Made by a program: the position numbers and the translations under genes
Shown: positions 1 through 9,002 of the stretch, piece after piece
How the letters are laid out: every line of letters starts with the position of its first letter
Numbering within the stretch: the first letter of the stretch is position 1
Notes under the pieces: generated by a model
The model's database searches: none
Told to the model about the DNA's origin: nothing
What the model saw: the letters and a program-made list of their open reading frames with translations, nothing else
Assembly (NCBI GenBank): GCA_965228875.1
Contig: OZ245843.1
Span: 3,144,616-3,208,615 of the forward strand
Length of the DNA: 64,000 nucleotides
Direction: 5' to 3'
DNA from: Thalassobaculaceae bacterium
Lineage (GTDB): Bacteria; Pseudomonadota; Alphaproteobacteria; Thalassobaculales; Thalassobaculaceae

Positions 1-1067
1 AATCGCTCTTCACCTTGGGCTTGCAACACGTCGTAGTCGCCGATTGCCGAACGTGTGTAGCGGCTACCGCCGTCGACCATCAGCGTGATCGCATTGTAGT
101 ACCCTGTCTTCGGATCGGCTGTGACGGTCGCGGGGATCGCATCGGGATCCAGTCGCTGCTGTACGCTCTTCCCAGCGGCGATCGCGAGCCGACTTGCAAA
201 GGTTGGAATTTCAACGAAGTCAGGCGCCGCGACATCATCATCTTCCTCAAGGCCTGCCTGCTCATCTTCTAGCAGCAGCCAGCTTTTCAATCGGGCTACG
301 TCCCAACCGCCGTACTTCTTCTGATCCCGCAACCAATCTTGAACGATCGCAGGTGGCATAGATGGAATTCGGATCTCGAGGTGGGTTTGGGTCACCAGAT
401 ATTGGCAGCGGAACGTCGTAACCGGCCTCAGGAACGCCTGCCTCTCGGCTCCCGACGGATTGATGACATGGACCGGGTAGCCTAGAAGCAGCTTGCGTCC
501 AACGTTCTTGGCCAGCAAAGGCTTGAAGGCCTCTGGAAGCCGTGACAGCGGGACCCGCAGTACTCGTCCGTGACTTGCGGTAGGCCACCAGGGACCATCC
601 GGCTGCAGCAGAACAAAAGACTCGCCATTCCGCGGAATGAATTCGACTGGGGAGCCTCCATCCCCCGCCCGGAGAGCTTCCTGGTAATATGGCAACAGAC
701 GCTTCAGCAGCGCGTGGTTGGGGGCGATCTTGCCATCGGGCACCGCATCGAGCGGATCTGAGCTTTCCCCGATATGCGCCAAGCACGGGACGGCTGCTAG
801 CGTCTCGATCCCCGGTAAATCAGTTCCCGCAATTGGCGACGACGAACCAAAAGGATCGTTTCTGCGGATACGCCACTTCCTCGAGGTTCCGATCTGAACG
901 TGACCTCGTTCGCTCAGTGAACGCAGTACGCGGACGATGTCATCCTTTCGGGCTTGGGCTCCTGCCGCCATTAGATGAGAACGTAGACGTTCAACCGTCA
1001 GACCGCGGGGCGCACCGTCGAGCAGTCGAAGCAGCTGGTCCTCTAAGGATGTGTCTAGCATCACCAT
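1..1067 (-). CDS. Large protein, 5' part only (runs off window); N-terminal winged-helix-like segment; probably the N-terminus of an AAA/SF1 helicase-type protein
   Basis: Absent from the ORF track because there is no stop. Manual translation from ATG 1067 is open for 355 codons: MVMLDTSLEDQLLRLLDGAPRGLTVERLRSHL...DIVRVLRSLSERGHVQIGTSRKWRI...YYQEAL...LLLGYPV...YNAITL...SRYTRSAIGDYD. Function is inferred from resemblance only. Confidence 0.6.
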   Translation of the reverse strand, partial: MVMLDTSLEDQLLRLLDGAPRGLTVERLRSHLMAAGAQARKDDIVRVLRSLSERGHVQIGTSRKWRIRRNDPFGSSSPIAGTDLPGIETLAAVPCLAHIGESSDPLDAVPDGKIAPNHALLKRLLPYYQEALRAGDGGSPVEFIPRNGESFVLLQPDGPWWPTASHGRVLRVPLSRLPEAFKPLLAKNVGRKLLLGYPVHVINPSGAERQAFLRPVTTFRCQYLVTQTHLEIRIPSMPPAIVQDWLRDQKKYGGWDVARLKSWLLLEDEQAGLEEDDDVAAPDFVEIPTFASRLAIAAGKSVQQRLDPDAIPATVTADPKTGYYNAITLMVDGGSRYTRSAIGDYDVLQAQGEER

Positions 1068-1457
1068 CAGACTGAATCAGTCTGGGCACCCATGAATATA
1101 GGGTTCATCTAGCCCCCCCCAGGCTTGTATGAACTAGCATCAATTGCATGCCCTTCGAGAAATGGCTCTACGCGTCGCCATTTTTCGGTTTTATCGGATT
1201 TAATCAGTGTACAACCTAACCCATGTCGATTGTCGTCGGGAGAGGGTAAGTGACTCGAGCATGTGACAGTACGCACATCAACTGATTGGGGTTGAGATCA
1301 GATCGAGCAGGCTCAGACCACTCGCAGATATTTTCTGGAATTGCTACGGGCAGCGCCCTGAACGAACCGAAGGGACCAAGGTCCATATTTGGCCGCAGCA
1401 ACACACCTGCAAGTTGAGAGGTCTTTCCTCGCGTGCTTCAATCCAACCCTCAGGGGT

Positions 1458-2300
1458 ATGGGAAGTTTCATGATCAGCGCAGGTAGGCGATACGCGAACC
1501 TTCGAAGGCAGGCCTATTTGGCATTGTCACCGCGATCAATCTGCGGCGAGAGGCTATCCTGGGTAAATCGTGTCATCGCCAGTCTGATACTCTTCTCGAT
1601 CCTCATTGCCATCTTCGAAAGTGAGCCATCGATCGATCATGAGTTCGGCTACGGCTTCTTCCTGTTGGAAGTCGGGATAACGAGCGCGTTCGCGATTGAA
1701 TACGCCGCCCGGGTCTGGGCGAGCGTCGAAGATCCCAAGTTTGGGCCAGGCCTCAATGGGCGGTTGCGATACTGCATCTCTCCTGCAGCATTGCTCGATC
1801 TGCTGGCCATCACACCACTGTTCTTGAGCATGGCAGGCAGCGAAGCCTTTATGTTTCGTCTTCTCAGGTTGCTCAGAATCCTGCGGTTGGCGAAGCTTGG
1901 CCGATATTCCACTGCGATGTCTGCGATCGTGGACGCGATCCGCTCCCGACGGTACGAACTCGCGGCCAGTGTTGCATGTGCTGCCGTCCTCCTGCTGATT
2001 TCGTCCACTTTCTTATATCTCGTGGAGTCCGAGGCCCAGCCGGAAACCTTCGGTAGCATACCGCGCGCGATGTGGTGGTCGATCGCAACCCTCACCACTG
2101 TGGGTTACGGAGATGTCATCCCTGTGACGACCCTCGGACGGGTCTTTGGAGGTATGACTGCCGTCATCGGGATCGGCCTCATCGCGATGCCAACGGGTAT
2201 TCTTGCAGCTGCGTTCAGTGACGCCATTGCCCGTCGCAGAGAAGACCTTACCCAACCACAGAAAGATCAGGTCGCCGCGAGTGAGACGCCACCAGACTAA
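1458..2300 (+). CDS. Voltage-gated-type potassium channel (Ion_trans, 6TM)
   Basis: S4-like RLLRLLRILRLAKLGR; pore helix and filter WWSIATLTTVGYGD; no C-terminal regulatory domain. Start uncertain (1458 or 1470). Confidence 0.92.
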   Translation: MGSFMISAGRRYANLRRQAYLALSPRSICGERLSWVNRVIASLILFSILIAIFESEPSIDHEFGYGFFLLEVGITSAFAIEYAARVWASVEDPKFGPGLNGRLRYCISPAALLDLLAITPLFLSMAGSEAFMFRLLRLLRILRLAKLGRYSTAMSAIVDAIRSRRYELAASVACAAVLLLISSTFLYLVESEAQPETFGSIPRAMWWSIATLTTVGYGDVIPVTTLGRVFGGMTAVIGIGLIAMPTGILAAAFSDAIARRREDLTQPQKDQVAASETPPD

Positions 2301-2436
2301 GTGAACCAGCGAGTTCAAGAACGTACCGATCAGTGTCGCAAACCGGAATCGCAGGCATTTTACTGATCTGGGCTACCTTTCTGTGTCCGGTTGTACCAGC
2401 ATGGAGCGAAATACGATTGTAAGGTGGGGAAGGGAC

Positions 2437-5262
2437 ATGCTTCGTGCTGTCCATGTGGCGACTTGCGTGGTTTGGCTATCGTTGGTATCGGCGACAGCCG
2501 TCGCTCAGTCGATCTCCGTTCAGGAAGCGCAGGAGCGCCTCGAAACCCTGGGCCTGTCGCCCGGACCGGTCGATGGCTTGATGGGCTCAATGACCCGAGC
2601 CGCCCTTCGGGAATTTCAGCGGCGTAACGATCTACCGGTTACTGGTGAACTCGATCAGGCGACGCAGAGCGCACTATTGGGTGGCCTAAGGCAGGCCCCG
2701 TCTTCGGCGCCAGTTGCTGCATCTTCGGCAGAACCTGCTCCAGAGGTGACTCTAGCTCCATTGCCACCTCCCGAGCCCGCACAACCAGCATCAGCTGCCG
2801 TCAATACCCAGGGAAGTACACAAACCTCCCGACCGGCTTCGGCGCCCTCTTCCTCTGTTACTCCTGAGCGAAAGGCCGGTGCTTCCACGGCGACGGCGCC
2901 GACCAGTAACGAAACCTACATCGCACTAGCGGCTGCAGGCCTGTTCGCTCTCTGGTGGCTCCGGCGACGAGCCCAGAACACTGCCCGTAGACGGGAAGCA
3001 ATGCGAATGTCTGAAGAACAGTCGTTCGAGTCGATGAGTGAGGCTCGTAAGAACCGTCGGCGCCTCAACCAATCTGCCGGTCTAGGTTCTGATAATCCGA
3101 AAGCCAGGCGCCAACAAGAGAATGACGAAGTTCGCACAACGCCGCTGAGACCGGCCGAAGTTAAGCGCTCGACCGGCTCCACTAGTCGCGGATGGATCCC
3201 CCAGGGCGAGAATGCCGTGGTGGCGGGTAAGAGCATCGGAGGAATGGTGTATGTCGGTCGGGCGCCCTCGACCGGCAAATATGGGCGAGCAAACAACGCC
3301 TACATTGACCCCGCCCTCTCTGTCGCTAGTCGAGCAGATGACCTCACTGGCGATGGGCTGCACTACTGGCCTAGCTACAGCACGATCGATGCGCGCGCGC
3401 GGGCCACGTATCTTGAGTGGTTGGCCACCGGTCGCTCTGACACACGATACAATGTCGGTTATGTGTTCCTGTTTTTCTACGGCCTCGAGAACCGGTATTT
3501 CCAGGACCGTCCGGACGAGATCGAACGTCAGGCAATCATCGCTGAGGTCGAGAGGTTGCTTGAGGTTTATGGGACCAATGGTTCAGTCCGAAGATACCTC
3601 GGCGCGTTTCTCGAGGCCGCCAAATTGGTTCTATCGGGCGGCGTTAGCCTCAAACCGGTGTTCGAAAGAACCAGTTATGAGATCCCGCTAACGGTCAGGC
3701 TCGCCGTCGGACATATGCTTGCTGGTGGTGAGCAGGTTCCCGCGGAATGGATGCTTTCCTGGCTCTGCACTCACCCCGAACGATCGCTACGCACGCCTGC
3801 ACAACGTGCTTTCCCAGAGTTCAAGGCACTTTTTGAAAGCCGATTCCAAGAACGTTTCCCAAACGGCCTTAAGGTCTCGAAGCCGCGTCGGACCCTACAG
3901 ATGAGTTACACGGCTGCGTCTGGGAGCTTTACGTCCACGATGAGCACCGCCAGCGGCGACATCCCCGACATCTCAGGTCTCTCTAAACCACTCGATACGG
4001 TATGGGAAATCGCAGACGAGGCAATGAGCGACCTCGACAAGTTCAGTCGGTACCTCGGTCGCAATCCGGAAGGCCGCGGCACCATCGAAGCCCATGCCCT
4101 ATTACCGGACGCGATAAAGGACCAGTTCCCGTGTGCGGAGCTCGAGTCCCTGAAAATATGGGTTAGCGAGCACATCGCGAATGGCGGACTCGTGCCGGTC
4201 GCCGATCTGGTCGAGAGATTGGAAGGCGCCCGACCTGACAGTATCGGTAAGCGGCAACTTACCAGTGCCGCTGATGCCCTGAGCGCGCTCGCAATCGGTA
4301 TGGCCCCGGATCCAAGATTCGCTCTTCGAGCACCGAAGTTCGAAGAACCGGTCGTCTTGTTTCAACTGCCTGAAGGCGAACCCCATCTCGAGATGGTTAG
4401 CCCAGGCTATCAATCCGCGCTTCTCGCAATCACGCTCGGCACGTTTATCGCCCATGCCGATGGCTCGGTTTCTGACCTTGAGCGGCGTCATCTCGAAAGT
4501 CGAATTGAGGCCACTGCCGATTTAACGACGTCGGAGCGAGCCCGCTTGCAAGCCAATCTCGACTGGATGATGGCTGTACCGCCCGACCTGAGCCTCTTCC
4601 GTCGCCGCTTGAAGGACACAAGCCAGGACATTCGTGCTGAGCTCGGCCGCGTGTCCCTGGCAGTCGCAGGCTCCGACGGTCACATCGACCCCGCTGAGAT
4701 CAATGCGATCCAGAAGCTCTATTCTGCTCTCGGGCTGGAAGCGGCCAACATCTACGGCGAACTTCATGCTCTCGCGGCATCCTCGGAGCCGGTGCTGGTA
4801 CACGAGCCCTCAACGACGGGGGTTGAATATTCGATCCCACCGAATCCCGATGCAGCAAAACCAAGTGCGCCCACTGGTGGCGTCGAACTGAACCATGATC
4901 GCATTGCCGCGATCATGTCCGATACTGCTCGTGTTTCAGGCGTCCTCCACGAGATCTTCTCCGAAGAAGATGAGCCCGAGGACGGCCCGAACGAACCCGA
5001 AATTACCGAAGCCGGTTCGGTTGACGACCAACGCTTTGATGGACTGGACGCCAAGCACCGGGCGCTTGTTTTGGAACTGCTGTCGTCTCAGACCTGGTCC
5101 GAGGAGCAATTTGGCGAACTCGCATCTCAGTTCGGGCTGATGCCGTCCGGCGCCATGGAGACACTCAACGAGTGGGCATACGACCGATACGACGAGCCGC
5201 TGCTTGAAGAAGACGATGACCTGACCGTGAGTCCAGAAATTGCGGCCCAGCTAGCTGCGTGA
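2437..5262 (+). CDS. sngA: TerB-N/TerB/TerB-C protein (Shango SngA-like) with N-terminal signal peptide, peptidoglycan-binding domain and one TM helix
   Basis: TerB_N motifs YWPSYSTI...RATYLEWLATGR...GYVFLFFYGLE; TerB IAHADGSVSDLER and VAGSDGHIDPAE; TerB_C GLMPSGAMETLNEWAYD; PG_binding_1-like QERLETLGLSPGPVDGLMGSMTRAALREFQRRNDLPVTGELD; TM YIALAAAGLFALWWLRRR; RBS GGAAGGGA before ATG 2437. Confidence 0.85.
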   Translation: MLRAVHVATCVVWLSLVSATAVAQSISVQEAQERLETLGLSPGPVDGLMGSMTRAALREFQRRNDLPVTGELDQATQSALLGGLRQAPSSAPVAASSAEPAPEVTLAPLPPPEPAQPASAAVNTQGSTQTSRPASAPSSSVTPERKAGASTATAPTSNETYIALAAAGLFALWWLRRRAQNTARRREAMRMSEEQSFESMSEARKNRRRLNQSAGLGSDNPKARRQQENDEVRTTPLRPAEVKRSTGSTSRGWIPQGENAVVAGKSIGGMVYVGRAPSTGKYGRANNAYIDPALSVASRADDLTGDGLHYWPSYSTIDARARATYLEWLATGRSDTRYNVGYVFLFFYGLENRYFQDRPDEIERQAIIAEVERLLEVYGTNGSVRRYLGAFLEAAKLVLSGGVSLKPVFERTSYEIPLTVRLAVGHMLAGGEQVPAEWMLSWLCTHPERSLRTPAQRAFPEFKALFESRFQERFPNGLKVSKPRRTLQMSYTAASGSFTSTMSTASGDIPDISGLSKPLDTVWEIADEAMSDLDKFSRYLGRNPEGRGTIEAHALLPDAIKDQFPCAELESLKIWVSEHIANGGLVPVADLVERLEGARPDSIGKRQLTSAADALSALAIGMAPDPRFALRAPKFEEPVVLFQLPEGEPHLEMVSPGYQSALLAITLGTFIAHADGSVSDLERRHLESRIEATADLTTSERARLQANLDWMMAVPPDLSLFRRRLKDTSQDIRAELGRVSLAVAGSDGHIDPAEINAIQKLYSALGLEAANIYGELHALAASSEPVLVHEPSTTGVEYSIPPNPDAAKPSAPTGGVELNHDRIAAIMSDTARVSGVLHEIFSEEDEPEDGPNEPEITEAGSVDDQRFDGLDAKHRALVLELLSSQTWSEEQFGELASQFGLMPSGAMETLNEWAYDRYDEPLLEEDDDLTVSPEIAAQLAA

Positions 5263-5275
5263 GGGGGGAGAACTA

Positions 5276-6613
5276 ATGGAACGGCCAACAATCAAGCGCA
5301 GGGAGCGCGACACCATAATCCAAGCGCTGCGGGCGGGCGTGGTTCCACGATTGGGCCTCCAGCACATCCAGGTCGGCCGCGGCCGCGAGATCGAGGAGAT
5401 GGTCAAAGATATCAATCGGATCGAAGAGGGAGACGCATCGATTCGTTTCATCATCGGTGAATACGGTTCCGGCAAGACCTTCTTCCTGAATCTCGTAAGG
5501 CTCGTCGCGCTCGAGAAAGGCATGGTCGTGATGTCGGCCGATCTGGCTCCAGATAGACGCCTACACGCGACCGGTGGACAGGCTCGCTCCCTGTTCGCGG
5601 AACTAACGCGCAACACCGCAACCCGCACGAAACCGGAGGGTGGCGCGTTGGCAAGTGTGGTCGAGCGCTTTGTCACTCAGGCGGTCCGAGAGGCCGAGGC
5701 CGATGGACGAGACCCGGCCGAGGTTATCCGCAGCAAGCTCGCACACCTTGAAGAACTCCATGGCGGCTATGAATTCGCCACCGTGATCGGCCGGTATTGG
5801 CAGGGCCATGAAGACGGTGACGAAGACCTAAAGTCTAACGCGCTTCGCTGGTTGCGAGCCGAGTTCGCTACACGCACCGACGCCCGATCCGCCCTGAAGG
5901 TACGGACGATTATCGACGACTCCTCAGTATACGATCACCTGAAGCTACTCTCGGCTCTTGTTCGGGAGGCTGGGTACAAGGGACTCGTCATCGTTCTGGA
6001 CGAGATGGTGAACCTATACAAGCTGTCGAACAGCCAGGCGCGCAATGCCAACTACGAGCAAATCCTGCGCGTCTTGAACGACGTCCTCCAGGGAAGTGCG
6101 TCGAACTTCGGCCTTCTGCTCGGCGGAACCCCGGAGTTCCTGATGGATACGCGCCGGGGCCTCTACAGCTACCAGGCACTCCAGTCCAGGCTTGCCCAGA
6201 ACACATTCGCGCGCGACGGACTGGTCGACCTTTCCGGGCCGGTTGTCAGGCTTTCGAACCTGACCCCTGAGGACATGTACGTCCTTCTCGCCAACGTCAG
6301 GCGGGTCTTCGCCACTGAAGGCACTGATCCACTACCCGACGAGGCTTTGCAGGCGTTCATGCGGCACTGCTCAGAGCGGATCGGCGAAGCCTATTTCCGA
6401 ACGCCTCGAAACACGGTGACGGCGTTCGCCAACCTGTTGGCCGTGCTCGAGCAGAACCCAGGAACGGATTGGCGAGCTCTCCTAGGTGACATCGTCATCG
6501 GGGAAGATTCCGGCGATGACCTCTCCGAGGTCGATGAACATGTTGGGGCGATGCAGCCAGCGCGAGAAACCGCTGACCCCGATGATGATGAGCTAGCCGA
6601 GTTCAAACTCTGA
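5276..6613 (+). CDS. sngB: DUF2791-family P-loop ATPase (Shango SngB-like)
   Basis: IIQALRAGVVPRLGLQHIQVGR N-terminus; Walker A GEYGSGKTFFL; Walker B LVIVLDE; GLYSYQALQSRL; located between the TerB gene and an Lhr-like helicase. Confidence 0.88.
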   Translation: MERPTIKRRERDTIIQALRAGVVPRLGLQHIQVGRGREIEEMVKDINRIEEGDASIRFIIGEYGSGKTFFLNLVRLVALEKGMVVMSADLAPDRRLHATGGQARSLFAELTRNTATRTKPEGGALASVVERFVTQAVREAEADGRDPAEVIRSKLAHLEELHGGYEFATVIGRYWQGHEDGDEDLKSNALRWLRAEFATRTDARSALKVRTIIDDSSVYDHLKLLSALVREAGYKGLVIVLDEMVNLYKLSNSQARNANYEQILRVLNDVLQGSASNFGLLLGGTPEFLMDTRRGLYSYQALQSRLAQNTFARDGLVDLSGPVVRLSNLTPEDMYVLLANVRRVFATEGTDPLPDEALQAFMRHCSERIGEAYFRTPRNTVTAFANLLAVLEQNPGTDWRALLGDIVIGEDSGDDLSEVDEHVGAMQPARETADPDDDELAEFKL

Positions 6614-6615
6614 GC

Positions 6616-8862
6616 ATGGCGACACCATCAAGCAGCTTTGACCTGCTCGCGGAGCCCGTGCGCCGGTGGATTTGGGAGAAGGGTTGGACATCTCTGCGTG
6701 ATATTCAGGAGCGCTCGATCCCGCTCCTTATGAACGGTGAGCAGGATGCGATCATCGCTGCGGCCACTGCGAGCGGAAAGACGGAAGCCGCCTTCCTCCC
6801 ACTGATATCGAGGGTGGTGTCCGACGGGTCCGCGGGTGACGGTTTCGATCTGGTCTACGTGAGCCCGCTGAAGGCACTAATCAACGACCAGTTCCGTAGG
6901 CTCGAAGATCTCTGTGAGCGGATCGAACTGCCAGTGCATCCCTGGCATGGCGACGTTTCAGGATCCGTGAAATCCAGAGCTCGCAAGGAACGGCGTGGCA
7001 TCCTGCTGATCACGCCGGAATCGCTGGAGGCCATGTTCGTCCTTCGCGGTCTTGAGATTCCGGCTCTGTTCGGCCGTATCCAAGCGCTCGTGATCGACGA
7101 GCTTCATGCGATGCTCGATACCGAGCGAGGGATCCATTTACGGTCGCTGATGAACCGACTCGAGATCTCGACGAAGCGTCGTGTCCGACGGGTCGGGCTC
7201 TCCGCAACCCTGGGCGATATGAGCTTGGCCCGCGCCTATTTGCGTCCCAGCGACCCCGACGCGGTGGAACTTCTGAAGAGTGAGTCTGAGGGGCAGGCCC
7301 TCAAGCTCCAGATCCGCGGATACCGGGTCGGAGAGGGCCAGAGCTCTGTTGCCTGCGAAAATGAGGAACTGGATCCAGCAGAGGCCGATGATCAGGCAGC
7401 AGCAGGCAGTTCCGAGCGTGCGATTGCTGGGCACATCTTCGAAACCTTGCGTGGCACGCAGAACCTCGTGTTTGCCGGATCTCGACAGTTCGTGGAGATC
7501 TACGCGGACATGCTGACCCGGATGTCAGAGGAGCAAGCGCTTCCAAACGAGTTCTATCCGCACCACGCCAACCTATCGCGCGAACACCGCGCCTTCGTCG
7601 AAAAGCGATTGAAGGACGCGACGGAGCCAACGACCGCAGTATGTACTTCGACGCTGGAGCTCGGCATAGACATCGGTGACGTCGAGGCGGTGGCGCAGAT
7701 CGGCGCGCCGTTTTCTGTCGCTTCCCTACGACAGCGTCTGGGTCGCTCAGGACGTCGGGCAGGTCGTCCGGCAATCCTGAGGATGTACATCCGTGAGCGT
7801 GCCCTCGATGAGAATTCTCACCCAGTCGACCTGCTGCGTCTCCGACTAGTCCGCTCAATTGCAATGGTCGACCTGCTACTCGAAGGATGGTGCGAACCAC
7901 CGCGGCTGCAGGCTTTGCACCTGTCCACGCTTGTGCAACAGATTCTCTCTCTTGTAGCCGAACGGAATGGCGTGAAGGCGCCGGTTCTGTTTGCGATACT
8001 GTGCGAACGGGGTCCGTTCACTCGTGTAGACAAAGCGTTGTTTGCCCGCGTGCTCCGATGCATCGGAGACCCAGAGGTGGCTCTCATCGAACAGTCACCT
8101 GACGGCATCCTGCTACTTGGTCGCGAAGGTGAACGGGTCGTAGAGCACTACAGCTTCTACTCGGTATTTCAGACACCCGAGGAATACCGGGTGATGGTTG
8201 GCGGCAGACTGCTCGGCACGCTGCCACTGAATGGGCTGCTGGCGCCGGACATGACGCTAATCTTTTCCGGCCGTCGTTGGCGCGTCCTGGCGATCCATGA
8301 TCGCGACAAGGTGATCGAGGTGTCCCCAGATGCAACTGGGCGTCCGCCGGTCTTCGGTGGCGATGCAGGATTGATCCATGACACCGTCGTTCAGCGCATG
8401 CGGACTGTCTTGGTCGACGACGCACCACGTCGATACCTCGACCGCCAAGCCGCCGATTTACTGGAGGAAGCGAGGTCGTGGTTCGGGCGCCTTGGGTTGG
8501 ACAAGCGGAATGTCATCGACCTCGGTGACGGTAGCGCCCTGCTCTCGACGTGGGCTGGCACGGTTCGGACCAACACGCTGGCGCTAGCATTGCGTGGTCA
8601 CGGAATGTCGGTCGAGGTGCATGACGGCATAGTTGACGTGTCAAATGATGCAGCGGAAGTAACAAAGGTCGTCGAGCGGTTAGCTGTTGCGTCCACGCCG
8701 ACTGGTGAAGAACTCGCCCATCACGTTTCAGCACCGGCGACAGAGAAATATCACGTGTATCTGTCGCGAGATATCTTGCTTGAGGACATCATCGCTAGTC
8801 GGATCGACGCCGAGGCTGTGCCGAAGATAGCGGAGCGTTTGCTGGAAGGAGACGTTGATTAG
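6616..8862 (+). CDS. sngC: Lhr-like DEAD/DEAH SF2 helicase (Shango SngC-like)
   Basis: ATASGKTEAA, SPLKALINDQ, TPESLE, IDELH, GLSATLG, CTSTLELGIDIG, QRLGRSGRR; begins 2 nt after the ATPase stop. Confidence 0.9.
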   Translation: MATPSSSFDLLAEPVRRWIWEKGWTSLRDIQERSIPLLMNGEQDAIIAAATASGKTEAAFLPLISRVVSDGSAGDGFDLVYVSPLKALINDQFRRLEDLCERIELPVHPWHGDVSGSVKSRARKERRGILLITPESLEAMFVLRGLEIPALFGRIQALVIDELHAMLDTERGIHLRSLMNRLEISTKRRVRRVGLSATLGDMSLARAYLRPSDPDAVELLKSESEGQALKLQIRGYRVGEGQSSVACENEELDPAEADDQAAAGSSERAIAGHIFETLRGTQNLVFAGSRQFVEIYADMLTRMSEEQALPNEFYPHHANLSREHRAFVEKRLKDATEPTTAVCTSTLELGIDIGDVEAVAQIGAPFSVASLRQRLGRSGRRAGRPAILRMYIRERALDENSHPVDLLRLRLVRSIAMVDLLLEGWCEPPRLQALHLSTLVQQILSLVAERNGVKAPVLFAILCERGPFTRVDKALFARVLRCIGDPEVALIEQSPDGILLLGREGERVVEHYSFYSVFQTPEEYRVMVGGRLLGTLPLNGLLAPDMTLIFSGRRWRVLAIHDRDKVIEVSPDATGRPPVFGGDAGLIHDTVVQRMRTVLVDDAPRRYLDRQAADLLEEARSWFGRLGLDKRNVIDLGDGSALLSTWAGTVRTNTLALALRGHGMSVEVHDGIVDVSNDAAEVTKVVERLAVASTPTGEELAHHVSAPATEKYHVYLSRDILLEDIIASRIDAEAVPKIAERLLEGDVD

Positions 8863-9002
8863 TCTTTGCCACGAGCCGCGCCAGCAATCATTTAGAGAAA
8901 TGGCAGGTGATCCATCCGGCCGTCGCCGAGCGGCGCTACCTCCATATTTACCCATGATAGATTAATCTACAATTTTGACATGTGGCGAGGAAACAACAAC
9001 CG

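Noticed and set aside
2437..5262. Tellurite-resistance operon
   Set aside because: No terZACDE genes; TerB occurs only as a domain of the defence-type protein.
5276..6613. BREX system because of the DUF2791 ATPase
   Set aside because: No pglX, pglZ or brx genes; the flanking TerB and Lhr genes fit Shango.
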